DNA of 64,000 nt from an uncultured Collinsella sp. (GTDB lineage Bacteria > Actinomycetota > Coriobacteriia > Coriobacteriales > Coriobacteriaceae): NCBI GenBank assembly GCA_900543515.1, contig UQRW01000001.1, forward strand, positions 47,134-111,133. The letters run 5' to 3'. The position numbers and the translations under genes are program-made. The stretch's first letter is position 1; each line of letters opens with the position of its first letter. Positions 38,354 through 49,662 of this stretch are shown here, in pieces. The notes beneath the pieces are model-generated. The model was given only the letters and a program-made list of their open reading frames with translations. It was not told where the DNA came from and did no database searches.

Positions 38354-39724
38354 TTACGCCACGCCGTCGCGGGCAAGCTCCTCGGCCAACGCCTCGGCAG
38401 GCATGGCCATAATCGTGTCGAGCTCGGCATCCACCTCGGGAATACGCTTCACCTTGAGTTTGCGCACCAGATCACCACGGCACATCACGTGCATCGGCTC
38501 ACGCAGTGCGCACAGGTCATCGAGCGGATTCTTGCGCGTCACCAGGATATCGGCGGCCTTGCCGCACTCGATCGTGCCGGTCTCGCCGCCCAGCCCCAGT
38601 AGCTCAGCATTGACCTGCGTGGCCGTGTGCAGCGCGAAGGCGTTGCTCACGCCGACATACTTGGCAAAATAGGCCACCTCACGCCACATGTCGTACTGCG
38701 TCACGAACGGGCAGCTCGAGTCCGTGCCAAGGCCCACCTTAACGCCAGCTTCCAGTGCGGCACGGGCGCTCTCGATGATGCCCGAGCACACGATGTCGCC
38801 GTTCTTCTTTTGCGTATCGGTCGAATGGGTCTTTTCCGGGTCGAGCAATACAAACGGCAGCGCCGGGCTGATAGTGCAGGTCACACTCGGCGCACGCCCC
38901 TCGAGCTGTGTGCCCGCGGCGCCACGGTACAGCTCCAAGATTTCGGGTGTCAACGGAGCGCCGTGCTCAATCGTGTCAACGCCGGCCTCAAGCGCGGCCT
39001 TCACGCCCTCGGTACTCTCGACATGGGCCATAACCGGAAGGCCCATATCGTGCGCCGCCTTGCATGCCGCCGCGGCAACCTCCACCGGCATACGCAGCAC
39101 GCCCGGCTCGCCCACCTCGGTCGCATCGAACACGCCGCCCGTTACGAATAGCTTAATGACGTCGGCACCGCGCGCATACAGGTCTCGCACCTGCTCGGAT
39201 GCCTCGACGGGGCTGTTGGCCACCTGGGCGAACAAGCCCGCGCCATGGCCGCCCGGCACCGTAACGCCCGTTCCCGGCGCCACCAGACGCGGACCCTGAT
39301 ACTTGCCGGCATCGATGGCATCGCGCACGGCAATATCGGCAAACAACGGGTCGCCCGCGCCGCGCACCGTGGTCACGCCGCTTGCCAGCTGCTGTTGGGC
39401 GCTGCCTCTGAGGATGTGGCGGACGATGGTGCGGCCCACGGGATTGTCGAGCTTCTTCATCAGCGCGCCCGCATCGCCCGCCGAAACCGGCTTGCCCGAA
39501 CCGCACAGATGCACGTGCATATTGATGAGACCGGGCATGAGATACGCACCACCCAGGTCGACAACCTCGGCACCCGCGGGTGCCTGCGCCACAGCACTCG
39601 GCCCCATCCAGGTGATGACGCCGCGCTCAACAGTCACGGCCATATCGGGTTGCGGCTCCATATGCTCCGAACCATCCAGAATGGTCGCATTGATAAACAA
39701 CGTAGAACGATCAGCAGACGCCAT
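38354..39724 (-). CDS. Metal-dependent amidohydrolase-family protein
   Basis: ATG 39724 (RBS GGGAGGAG). Carries the HVHL metal-binding motif and is amidohydrolase-like (PF01979) over its length. Confidence 0.7.
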   Translation of the reverse strand: MASADRSTLFINATILDGSEHMEPQPDMAVTVERGVITWMGPSAVAQAPAGAEVVDLGGAYLMPGLINMHVHLCGSGKPVSAGDAGALMKKLDNPVGRTIVRHILRGSAQQQLASGVTTVRGAGDPLFADIAVRDAIDAGKYQGPRLVAPGTGVTVPGGHGAGLFAQVANSPVEASEQVRDLYARGADVIKLFVTGGVFDATEVGEPGVLRMPVEVAAAACKAAHDMGLPVMAHVESTEGVKAALEAGVDTIEHGAPLTPEILELYRGAAGTQLEGRAPSVTCTISPALPFVLLDPEKTHSTDTQKKNGDIVCSGIIESARAALEAGVKVGLGTDSSCPFVTQYDMWREVAYFAKYVGVSNAFALHTATQVNAELLGLGGETGTIECGKAADILVTRKNPLDDLCALREPMHVMCRGDLVRKLKVKRIPEVDAELDTIMAMPAEALAEELARDGVA

Positions 39725-39873
39725 ATCGAGCTCCTCCCTCACGATTAACATGAACATTTGTCCATTATCACCTAATGCAGCGACCTAAAGTCGAACATAT
39801 CGGTTAACGGAGGGAAGAGGGGATGTGGGGGACGGAATACGTTGCAGCCTCACCCCAGCGAAACCAAGGAAAT

Positions 39874-39930
39874 GTCTCAATCTGTAACAGGTACTGGGTT
39901 ATTGGGCCCCCTGATGTTACAGATCGAGAC
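39874..39930. repeat. Palindromic repeat unit C (GTCTCAATCTGTAACAG ... TGTTACAGATCGAGAC)
   Basis: Lies immediately downstream of the stop of the AbiEi/DUF559 gene. Confidence 0.8.
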
Positions 39931-39938
39931 AAAACCTC

Positions 39939-41033
39939 TCAGCGCCCATACCACTGGCGTCTCCATTCCTCAGCCAGATCGGCCCGCTGTTGAATTCCCG
40001 CCAGTCTCATCTTTTCAGCCAGCTTCCCCGGGTTCTTGAGTTCATCAAACCTAAACCGAAGCACCTTGTGCCCGAGCATCGTCAGATGAGACTCTCGCTG
40101 ACGTTCTGCCACGAATGGGTCGACCGACCCCCGATCCCCACCATCCTGCAGGGTATACTTTCCCTTCCCGTCGAGCTCGCCGATGACACATGTCCCATCC
40201 TCGAGCCTCCAGAAATAATCAACCCGAAACACCTGGCTCGAATCGAGCGGATCGCGAAACTCCACCTGCAGCTCCGGAACCGGAAAGCCGTACGCAATAA
40301 AGAACGCTCGGAACCGAGACTCGCCGCCGTTTTCGGACAGCCCGTCCGCATACGACGCAATCACCTGTGCCCTGCGATGCCCTCGCCTGCCCTCGCAATC
40401 GGCGCGGAGGCGCTCGCACAAATCCCAACGTGATACGCCTTTCGCCCGCAGTGCAGAATCGGCAATCGCCAACCCGTACGAAAACGGCGCACGCAGCAAG
40501 CAATCCTCCACCGTGTGCCAAAACGACGTCACCCGCACGCCATCAACACGCTCGAGCGCGCCCGCCATCTGCGGACGCAACAACCTGCACCCACTGCTCA
40601 ACGTCACCGAACAACCCGTCTTAACAAGAAAACGCGGCCCGAGCAGGTCATTCGGCACCTCCAGACCCCACAAAAGTGCCGCGTCATAACCCCAAAACGC
40701 CCAATCGGGATGAAACACCGCAAGCCCTTTGATAGTCCTCAGCGCTCGCTCCGCCGGCGTCAATGCATCCCAATCATGCTGAAAACAGAACAGGTACGGC
40801 TCGGGCTCCGCGATATCGTCGGTTCCAACATGGCGTCGCAGCCACATGAGCTCGGTATTGTCATGCGTTGCGAGCAGCGCACCTTGCTTGGCCGTCTCCG
40901 TGAGCCGCGCGAGCATCCTATTCCGCGCCAACGTGTTGCGAGTCGTATGCTTGTGTTTGAGAACGGTATTAGACACTTCCATCACCACCACATCGGACAA
41001 ATGGACCATCGCCGCTGTTGCCTCCGCTGACAA
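39939..41033 (-). CDS. AbiEi_4-like N-terminal domain plus C-terminal DUF559 (Vsr-like PD-(D/E)XK) endonuclease-domain protein
   Basis: C-terminus ESRFRAFFIAYGFPVPELQVEF...RVDYFWR...GELDGKGKY...LRFRFDEL matches DUF559. The N-terminal wHTH is AbiEi-like. The start is uncertain (TTG 41033 or ATG 41009). Confidence 0.55.
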   Translation of the reverse strand: MSAEATAAMVHLSDVVVMEVSNTVLKHKHTTRNTLARNRMLARLTETAKQGALLATHDNTELMWLRRHVGTDDIAEPEPYLFCFQHDWDALTPAERALRTIKGLAVFHPDWAFWGYDAALLWGLEVPNDLLGPRFLVKTGCSVTLSSGCRLLRPQMAGALERVDGVRVTSFWHTVEDCLLRAPFSYGLAIADSALRAKGVSRWDLCERLRADCEGRRGHRRAQVIASYADGLSENGGESRFRAFFIAYGFPVPELQVEFRDPLDSSQVFRVDYFWRLEDGTCVIGELDGKGKYTLQDGGDRGSVDPFVAERQRESHLTMLGHKVLRFRFDELKNPGKLAEKMRLAGIQQRADLAEEWRRQWYGR

Positions 41034-41035
41034 AT

Positions 41036-41093
41036 GTCTTGATCTGTAACAGGAAGACAGTCTTTGAACCTCTAGTTGTTACAGAACAAGATC
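41036..41093. repeat. Palindromic repeat unit D (GTCTTGATCTGTAACAG ... TGTTACAGAACAAGATC)
   Basis: Starts 2-3 nt upstream of the ORF-track start of the DUF559 gene. Confidence 0.8.
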
Positions 41094-41115
41094 TTTCGGC
41101 AGCCGCCAACCTTCC

Positions 41116-41172
41116 GTCTCGATCTGTAACAGGTAGACCGGTTTTTTGTCCCTAAACGTTACAGATCGAGAC
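41116..41172. repeat. Palindromic repeat unit E (GTCTCGATCTGTAACAG ... GTTACAGATCGAGAC)
   Basis: Tandem with unit D, between the DUF559 gene and the unknown 235-aa gene. Confidence 0.8.
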
Positions 41173-41212
41173 ATAAAGGCAGAGGGCAAGGCAGGCGACA
41201 ACCGCCCATCCC

Positions 41213-41920
41213 CTACTCCCATTCCTGCTCGTAAATATTGAGCGACTTCACGTAGCGCCCCTGGGCGCCCATGATGTCGCGGACCAGGCGCAAAAAGAAG
41301 CTGACGCACGAGGTGTCGAAACCGTCCTCTAGGTCCTCGGGATGCACCGCGCCCGGCCCGTCGACCGCCGTGTCGCTCAGGCGCGCGATGTCATACAGGT
41401 AGAGCTGCCCCGCCGTCAGCCAGACATCGTCGACGCACGCGAGTCGCACCGCAATCGCACCATCGTTCCAGTGCTCCTTTTGCACGATATGTGGGTCGTA
41501 GACGTCAAAGCGACGGTCGGTGCGCGTATCCTTCAGCACGACCATGCCGGTCGCGGGATCCTTGTCCAAAATGCCAAAGCGCGAGAAATACTGCGTGTCA
41601 CGCACCTGCTTAAGACGCCCGAGCGAAGCAGGAGAAATTGACGCTGGCGGCTCGTCCACATACAGTTCCAACAGCGTCTTGCCGTGGTAATAGGGGCGCT
41701 CAAACAGCAGCCAATCGGTAAACGCCATGTTGTAGGCCATGATTTCGTTTTGAGAAGGTTCCTCGCAATAGCTGAGCCACGGATCGACGATAATCTCGAA
41801 CTGCTCGCGCGCCGGCTCCAGGAATTGAAACTTCCGCAGCATCCAAAAGTGGGCCATGTCGGCAATATCGTTGCCAACGGCTTCGGCCAGCTCTGCTCGG
41901 TTAAAAACTTGGTCAGTCAT
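41213..41920 (-). CDS. Hypothetical protein (235 aa), no family recognised
   Basis: Clean ORF, MTDQVFNRAELAEAVGNDIADMAHFWMLRKF...; no motif I can place. Confidence 0.4.
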   Translation of the reverse strand: MTDQVFNRAELAEAVGNDIADMAHFWMLRKFQFLEPAREQFEIIVDPWLSYCEEPSQNEIMAYNMAFTDWLLFERPYYHGKTLLELYVDEPPASISPASLGRLKQVRDTQYFSRFGILDKDPATGMVVLKDTRTDRRFDVYDPHIVQKEHWNDGAIAVRLACVDDVWLTAGQLYLYDIARLSDTAVDGPGAVHPEDLEDGFDTSCVSFFLRLVRDIMGAQGRYVKSLNIYEQEWE

Positions 41921-42231
41921 GGCATCCTCCTCAAACTGATGGGCCTCAATTTGAGCTTACGAGGAGGGCGGGCAACCGAGGCAAGCGCGGGCAAAATAGG
42001 CCTTCGACTGCAAACCAGATGCTAACCAAACACTTGACGGGACACTTGACCGAATGAGCACACCGCAAAGAAACCGCAGGTAGACATAGACAGCCAACCC
42101 GCCCTTTTGAGCCAGATGCCCGCAGCCACCACAGAAAGAGCAGAGTAGCACAGGCGCAAACGTCGACGAATGAACACTTGTACGTCGACAAACGAACAGG
42201 CGCCCCGCGAAGAGTGTCCCCAACGACTAGA

Positions 42232-42272
42232 CAAAAAAGAACGTCCCCAATGGCTAGTCATGGGGGACGTTC
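42232..42272 (-). terminator. Rho-independent terminator of the gltBD operon
   Basis: GAACGTCCCCA-atggctagtca-TGGGGGACGTTC with plus-strand A7 upstream, giving a T-run on the minus strand. The stem is related to the hairpin at 20048-20084. Confidence 0.65.
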
Positions 42273-42285
42273 TTAAATGACTACC

Positions 42286-43767
<1,482 letters not shown>

Positions 43768-43772
43768 GGCAC

Positions 43773-46700
43773 TTACGCCTCCTTCTTGGTCGAAGCAACA
43801 GAGCTGGCAGCCACGGACGCAGTGTCCGCAGCGCCGCCCGCGACATCAAAGCGAGCGACATCCGCGGCACTCGCGCGGCCGGTCACGATGTCAAACGCCA
43901 ACTCCTCGGCCTGCGCATGCGTCTTGCCCACGGCCTCGCCCGCGGCGACAATCGCCAGCACGCGCTCGTACTCGGTCGGAATGACCTTCACAAAGTGCTT
44001 GCTCATCGTCTCAAAGCTGTAGAGCAGCTTGATGCCGCGTGGGCTCTGCGTCGCGTCCACGTGCTCCTGGATGAGCTCGCGAACCTGCGCCAGCTCGCCG
44101 GCCGTCGGGGCCTTGAGCTCCACGCTCTCATGGTTCACGCGGGCACTGAGCGTGCCGTACTGGTCAAAGACGTAGGCCACACCACCCGTCATGCCGGCGG
44201 CAAAATTCTGCCCGACCTCGCCCAGGATGAGCGCCAGACCGCCCGTCATGTACTCGCAGCCATGGTTGCCGCAGCCCTCGACCACCACGGTGGCACCGGA
44301 GTTGCGCACGGCAAAACGCTGGCCGGCAAGACCGTTAATGAAGCCGCGGCCGCTCGTGGCACCAAAGAACGCAACGTTGCCCACGATGATGTTCTCGTCG
44401 AACTTGTAGGTCGCATGCGGGTTGGGGCGCACCGACACCTCACCGCCCGAAAGGCCCTTGCCAAAGTAGTCGTTGGCGTCGCCGCACACGTTGAGCGTAA
44501 TGCCGCGCGGCAGGAAGGCACCAAAGCTCTGACCGGCCGAACCATCGCAATCGATGGTGATGGAGCCGGCGGGCAGGCCCTCGGGATGCGCCTTGGTCAC
44601 CGCGTTGCCCAAGATAGTGCCCACGCAGCGGTTGACGTTGGCGATATCGGCGCGGAAGCGAATCGGACGCAGGTGCGCACGGGCATCGGCCGTATAGGGC
44701 ACAAACAACGTGGAATCAAGCGTCTTGTCGAGCTCGCTGTCCGCGGCCATCTGCGGAAGGAAGTGGCGACCGTCGGCGCCCGGAATATGGGCACCGAACT
44801 CACAGGTCGCGCTCGCCAGCACGGGAGACAGATCGAGCTGGTTGGCCTTGCGGTTGCCCGGCACCTCGATCTGGCGCAGGCACTCGGGATGGCCGACCAT
44901 CTCGTCGACGGTGCGGAAGCCCAGGCTCGCCATGACCTCGCGCAGCTGCTCGGCAACAAAGAGCATAAAGTGCTCAACGTGCTCGGGCTTGCCGCGGAAG
45001 CCGCGACGCAGGCGGCAGTTTTGCGTAGCGATGCCGGCCGGGCAGGTGTCCTGCTGGCAGTCGCGCTGCATGAGGCAGCCCATGGAGATGAGCGGCATGG
45101 TCGCAAAGCCAAACTCCTCGGCGCCCAGCAGGCAGGCGACGGCAACATCGGTGCCGTCCATGAGCTTGCCGTCGGCCTCGAGCACCACGCGCGAGCGCAG
45201 GCCGTTTTGCAGCAGCGTCTGCTGGGCCTCGGCAAGGCCGAGCTCCAGCGGCAGGCCAGCGTGCCAAATGGAATCGCGCGCCGCGGCACCCGAGCCGCCG
45301 TTATGGCCGCTGATCAAAATCTTGTCGGCGGCACCCTTGGCCACGCCGGTGGCAATGGTGCCGACGCCGGCCTCGCTGACCAGCTTGACCGACACGCGCG
45401 CACCGGGGTTGGCGTTCTTAAGATCGAAGATAAGCTCCGCCAGGTCCTCGATGGAGTAGATGTCGTGATGCGGCGGAGGCGAGATCAGGCCGATGCCGGG
45501 CGTGGACTGACGGACCTCGGCGATCCAGGGGTAGACCTTCTTGCCGGGCAGGTGGCCACCCTCGCCGGGCTTGGCGCCCTGGGCCATCTTGATCTGAATC
45601 TCGAAGGCGCTGCACAGGTAGCGGCTCGTCACGCCAAAGCGCGCGCTTGCCACCTGCTTGATGGCGGAGTTCTTGGAGTCACCGTTGGCCAGCGGGGTCT
45701 CGCGACGCGGATCCTCGCCGCCCTCGCCGGAGTTGGAACGGCCGTGCAGGCGGTTCATGGCGATGGCCATGCACTCGTGTGCTTCCTTGCTGATGGAGCC
45801 GTACGACATGGCGCCGGTGTTAAAGCGGCGGACGATGTTGAGCGCGGGCTCGACCTCGTCGAGTGCCACCGGGGTGCGGCCGCTGGCATCAAAGTCCAGC
45901 AAGTCGCGCAGGCGCACGGCACGGCCGGTGCGGTGCAGGCGGGCGCTGTACTCCTTAAAGGCGTCGTAGCTGTCCTCATGGCAGGCGGTCTGCAGCAAGT
46001 AGACAGTCTGCGGATCGATCAGGTGATCCTCGCCGCCGAGCGGGCGCCACTTGGTCAGGCCCAGCGTGGGCAGCTGATCGGGAGCTGGGCTCTTAAGGAT
46101 AGCGAGCGCAGCGTCGTAGCGCTCGTTTTGCTCACGCTCGACGTCCTCGACACCCATACCGCCCACACGGCTCACCGTGCCGGCGAAGTACGCGTTGACG
46201 AACTCCGGCGTAAAGCCCACGGCCTCGAAGATCTGCGCCGAATGGTAGCTCTGCACCGTAGAGATGCCCATCTTGGACATGATGGAGACGATGCCGGCGG
46301 TCGCAGCCTTGTTGTAGTTGGCGATGCCCTGCTCGGCCGTCACGTCCAGGTCGCCGCGCGCCGCCAGATCGCGGATGCACGCGTGTGCGTTGTACGGATA
46401 GATGCCGCTCGCGGAGTAGCCCACCAGTGCTGCAAAGTCGTGCGGGGACACGGCGTCGCCGCACTCCACCACGATGTCGGCAAAGGTACGCACGCCGGCG
46501 CGGATCAGGTGGTTGTGCACGCAGCCCACGGCGAGCAGCGACGGCACGGGCACCTCACCCGCAGCGGCACGATCGCTCAACACCACGATGTTCACGCCGT
46601 CGCGGACCGCAGCCTCAACGTCCTCTGCAAGCTGCTTGAGCGTAGCCTGCAGCGCGCCCTCGCCGGCATCGCGGCGGTACACGGCACGGAAACGGCAGGT

Positions 46701-48470
46701 CTTAAAGCCCACGCGGTCGATGGCGCAGATACGCTCGAACTCCTCCTCGTTGAGCAACGGGCGCTCCAAGCGAACCAGCTGGCAGGCCGTGCGGGAGTCC
46801 TCGAGCAGGTTGCCGTGGTTGCCCAGATAGAGCGTGGTCGAGGTGACCATGTGCTCGCGCAGGGCATCGATCGGCGGATTCGTGACCTGGGCGAACAGCT
46901 GATAGAAATAATCGTAGAAGGATCGTGTCTTCTTGGACAGGCAGGCCAGCGGCGCATCGATGCCCATCGAGGCGAGCGGGGCCTTGCCCTGCTGGGCCAT
47001 GGGACGCACGACCTCATCGACGTCATCCCAGTGATACCCGAGCTTAGCCATACGCACGGCGGCGGGCACCTCGGCGTCCTCGACCGGCGTCGCCGTGGCA
47101 GGCCTATCGAGCGCGTCGACGGTCAGCGTCTCCTCGGCAATCCAATCACGGTAGGGCTTTTCCTTGGCGTAACGGGCGCGCAGCTCTTCGTTGTAGATGA
47201 CACGCCCGCGGGCAAAGTCGACCTCGAGCATCTGACCCGGTCCCAGACAGCCGCTCGTCAGGATGTTCTCGGGGCTCACCTCGATGGTGCCCACCTCGCT
47301 TGCCAGCATAAAGCGACCGTCGCGCGTCACATAGTAGCGGGCGGGACGCAGGCCGTTACGGTCGAGGGCGGCGCCCAGGGTGCGCCCGTCGGTAAAGGCG
47401 ATGGCCGCCGGGCCATCCCACGGCTCCATGAGCATGGACTGGTAAGCGTCGTAGGCGCGGCGCTCCTCACTCAGGCTGTCGTTGTGGTCCCACGGCTCGG
47501 GCAGCAACATGGACGCGGCACGCGTGAGCGGACGACCGTTCATGACCAGGAACTCAAGCACATTGTCCAGAATCGCGGAGTCGGAACCCTCGCGGTTGAT
47601 GATGGGCATCACGCGCTCAAGATCGTGCTGCAGCACGGGGCTGTACAGGTTGGGCTCGCGGGCGCGGATCCAGTTGACGTTGCCCTTGAGGGTGTTGATC
47701 TCGCCGTTGTGGATGATAAAGCGGTTGGGGTGCGCGCGCTCCCAGCTGGGCGTGGTGTTGGTGGAGTAGCGCGAATGGACGAGCGCCACGGCCGTCTTAA
47801 CGGCCGCGTCGTTGAGGTCGATGAAGAAGCGGCGCATCTGCGTGGCGACCAGCATGCCCTTGTACACGATAGTGCGCGAGCTCATAGAGCACACGTAGAA
47901 GATCTTGTCACGCAGGGCAAACTCGGCGTCAGCCTTCTTTTCGATGGTGCGGCGGCACACGTACAGGCGACGCTCAAAGGCATCTCCGGCGGGCGTGTCG
48001 TCCGGACGGCCCAGGAAGGCCTGCAGGATGGTAGGCATGCAGGCGCGGGCCGTCTCGCCCAGGTCGTGCGGGTCGACGGGCACCTCGCGCCAAAAGAGCA
48101 GCGGCACGCCGGCCTCGGCGCAGCCCTCCTCAAACACGCGACGGGCATCCTCTACGCCCTTGTCATCCTGCGGGAAGAACAGCATGGCCACGCCATAGTC
48201 GCCCTCCGCCGGCAGAATCTGGCCGCACTTTTGGGCCTCTTTACGGAAAAAGTGATGCGGAACCTGGAACAGGATGCCAGCGCCGTCGCCGGTGTTCTTC
48301 TCGAGTCCCGTGCCGCCGCGGTGCTCCAAGTTGACCAGAATGGACAGTGCATCGTCCAGAATCTGGTGATGGCGCTCACCGTTGATATCGGCAAGCGCGC
48401 CGATGCCACATGCATCGTGGTCGAATTCGGGGCGACAAAGGCCCTGCTGCTGAGCGGAATCTGCCTGCAT
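43773..48470 (-). CDS. gltB: Glutamate synthase large subunit
   Basis: 1565 aa; N-terminal Ntn amidotransferase Cys (CGIGA), FMN domain, 3Fe-4S Cys and GXXDG-rich C-terminal domain. The plus ORF 43917..48494 is its shadow. Confidence 0.9.
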   Translation of the reverse strand: MQADSAQQQGLCRPEFDHDACGIGALADINGERHHQILDDALSILVNLEHRGGTGLEKNTGDGAGILFQVPHHFFRKEAQKCGQILPAEGDYGVAMLFFPQDDKGVEDARRVFEEGCAEAGVPLLFWREVPVDPHDLGETARACMPTILQAFLGRPDDTPAGDAFERRLYVCRRTIEKKADAEFALRDKIFYVCSMSSRTIVYKGMLVATQMRRFFIDLNDAAVKTAVALVHSRYSTNTTPSWERAHPNRFIIHNGEINTLKGNVNWIRAREPNLYSPVLQHDLERVMPIINREGSDSAILDNVLEFLVMNGRPLTRAASMLLPEPWDHNDSLSEERRAYDAYQSMLMEPWDGPAAIAFTDGRTLGAALDRNGLRPARYYVTRDGRFMLASEVGTIEVSPENILTSGCLGPGQMLEVDFARGRVIYNEELRARYAKEKPYRDWIAEETLTVDALDRPATATPVEDAEVPAAVRMAKLGYHWDDVDEVVRPMAQQGKAPLASMGIDAPLACLSKKTRSFYDYFYQLFAQVTNPPIDALREHMVTSTTLYLGNHGNLLEDSRTACQLVRLERPLLNEEEFERICAIDRVGFKTCRFRAVYRRDAGEGALQATLKQLAEDVEAAVRDGVNIVVLSDRAAAGEVPVPSLLAVGCVHNHLIRAGVRTFADIVVECGDAVSPHDFAALVGYSASGIYPYNAHACIRDLAARGDLDVTAEQGIANYNKAATAGIVSIMSKMGISTVQSYHSAQIFEAVGFTPEFVNAYFAGTVSRVGGMGVEDVEREQNERYDAALAILKSPAPDQLPTLGLTKWRPLGGEDHLIDPQTVYLLQTACHEDSYDAFKEYSARLHRTGRAVRLRDLLDFDASGRTPVALDEVEPALNIVRRFNTGAMSYGSISKEAHECMAIAMNRLHGRSNSGEGGEDPRRETPLANGDSKNSAIKQVASARFGVTSRYLCSAFEIQIKMAQGAKPGEGGHLPGKKVYPWIAEVRQSTPGIGLISPPPHHDIYSIEDLAELIFDLKNANPGARVSVKLVSEAGVGTIATGVAKGAADKILISGHNGGSGAAARDSIWHAGLPLELGLAEAQQTLLQNGLRSRVVLEADGKLMDGTDVAVACLLGAEEFGFATMPLISMGCLMQRDCQQDTCPAGIATQNCRLRRGFRGKPEHVEHFMLFVAEQLREVMASLGFRTVDEMVGHPECLRQIEVPGNRKANQLDLSPVLASATCEFGAHIPGADGRHFLPQMAADSELDKTLDSTLFVPYTADARAHLRPIRFRADIANVNRCVGTILGNAVTKAHPEGLPAGSITIDCDGSAGQSFGAFLPRGITLNVCGDANDYFGKGLSGGEVSVRPNPHATYKFDENIIVGNVAFFGATSGRGFINGLAGQRFAVRNSGATVVVEGCGNHGCEYMTGGLALILGEVGQNFAAGMTGGVAYVFDQYGTLSARVNHESVELKAPTAGELAQVRELIQEHVDATQSPRGIKLLYSFETMSKHFVKVIPTEYERVLAIVAAGEAVGKTHAQAEELAFDIVTGRASAADVARFDVAGGAADTASVAASSVASTKKEA

Positions 48471-48605
48471 CGCGATCCTCTCCTAGATATTTAGACAGTC
48501 AGTTGAACAGGCATACTAGGAGCATCGCCGGCCCGTTGTGTTTCCCGCCCGTTTCGAAACAATCGCGTAACGCGCGCGGGACATCTACGTCTTGCCATCA
48601 AACGC

Positions 48606-48658
48606 GTACATCAGCCTCCAAACATGTCAAAAAACGACATCTTTGGAGGCTGACGTAC
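48606..48658. promoter_or_regulatory. 53-bp palindrome in the divergent gltB/gpmA intergenic region
   Basis: Arms GTACATCAGCCTCCAAA / TTTGGAGGCTGACGTAC (16 of 17 match) enclose CATGTC-aaaaaac-GACATC, itself ATGTC-N7-GACAT. It lies ~140 nt upstream of the gltB start. Confidence 0.45.
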
Positions 48659-48813
48659 ACCTTTTGGAGCAGAACAGCATGTCCCCAATGCACCAACCCA
48701 TCCCCGCTGGACCAATATTTTGTTAGTCGTGGTTAACTTTTTAGCCTAAAACGGGTATCCTTTGCGGCGTCAAACAAACGGCACGCGTCCCGTGCCACAT
48801 TAAGGAGGCCCCT

Positions 48814-49587
48814 ATGGCAAACCAGGCAGACCGGCAGACGATGCAACTCGTCCTTATCCGTCACGGAGAATCCGAGTGGAACAAGCTCAACCTGTTCACC
48901 GGCTGGACCGATGTCGAGCTCACCGACACGGGCCGCGAAGAGGCGGCGGCAGGCGGCCGCGCCCTCAAGGAAGCGGGCTTCGACTTTGACATCTGCTACA
49001 CCTCGCGCCTCAAGCGCGCGATCCACACCCTCAACATCGTGCTCGGCCAGATGGACCACGAATGGCTGCCCGTCATCAAATCCTGGAAGCTCAACGAGCG
49101 CCACTACGGCGCGCTGCAGGGTCTCAACAAGGCCGATGCCGCGGCGGAGCACGGCGACGAGCAGGTGCTCATCTGGCGCCGTTCCTTCGATGTCTGCCCG
49201 CCGGCGCTCGAGCCGGGCGACGGTCGCGACCCTCACACACAGGAGCAATACCGTGATGTCGCACCCGACCAGCTGCCCTATACCGAATGCCTCAAGGACA
49301 CGATAGCCCGCGCCTGGCCTTATTTCGAAGACGAGATTCGCCCCCAGATGCTCGCCGGCAAGCGCGTGCTCATCGCCGCACACGGCAACTCCCTGCGCTC
49401 ACTCGTCATGAAGCTCGAGCACCTCACGCCCGAGGAGATCCTCAAGGTCAACATCCCCACCGGCGTGCCGCTTGTCTACACCTTCGACACCGATTTCAAC
49501 GTCCTCGACAAGCGCTACATCGGCGACCCAGTGACCATCGCCGCCAAGATTGACGCCGTGGCCAATCAGGGCAAAGCGCACAAGTAG
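48814..49587 (+). CDS. gpmA: 2,3-bisphosphoglycerate-dependent phosphoglycerate mutase
   Basis: RHGESEWN catalytic His motif and the full-length dPGM family; RBS AAGGAGG. Confidence 0.9.
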   Translation: MANQADRQTMQLVLIRHGESEWNKLNLFTGWTDVELTDTGREEAAAGGRALKEAGFDFDICYTSRLKRAIHTLNIVLGQMDHEWLPVIKSWKLNERHYGALQGLNKADAAAEHGDEQVLIWRRSFDVCPPALEPGDGRDPHTQEQYRDVAPDQLPYTECLKDTIARAWPYFEDEIRPQMLAGKRVLIAAHGNSLRSLVMKLEHLTPEEILKVNIPTGVPLVYTFDTDFNVLDKRYIGDPVTIAAKIDAVANQGKAHK

Positions 49588-49662
49588 CCCCAACCCAAAT
49601 CCGACGCGTGGCGCCGCACGGCCCAGATGCGACGTCACGCCGCCCATACGCAGGAGCGCACC

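Noticed and set aside
43917-48494. 1525-aa plus-strand ORF
   Set aside because: Antisense of gltB.
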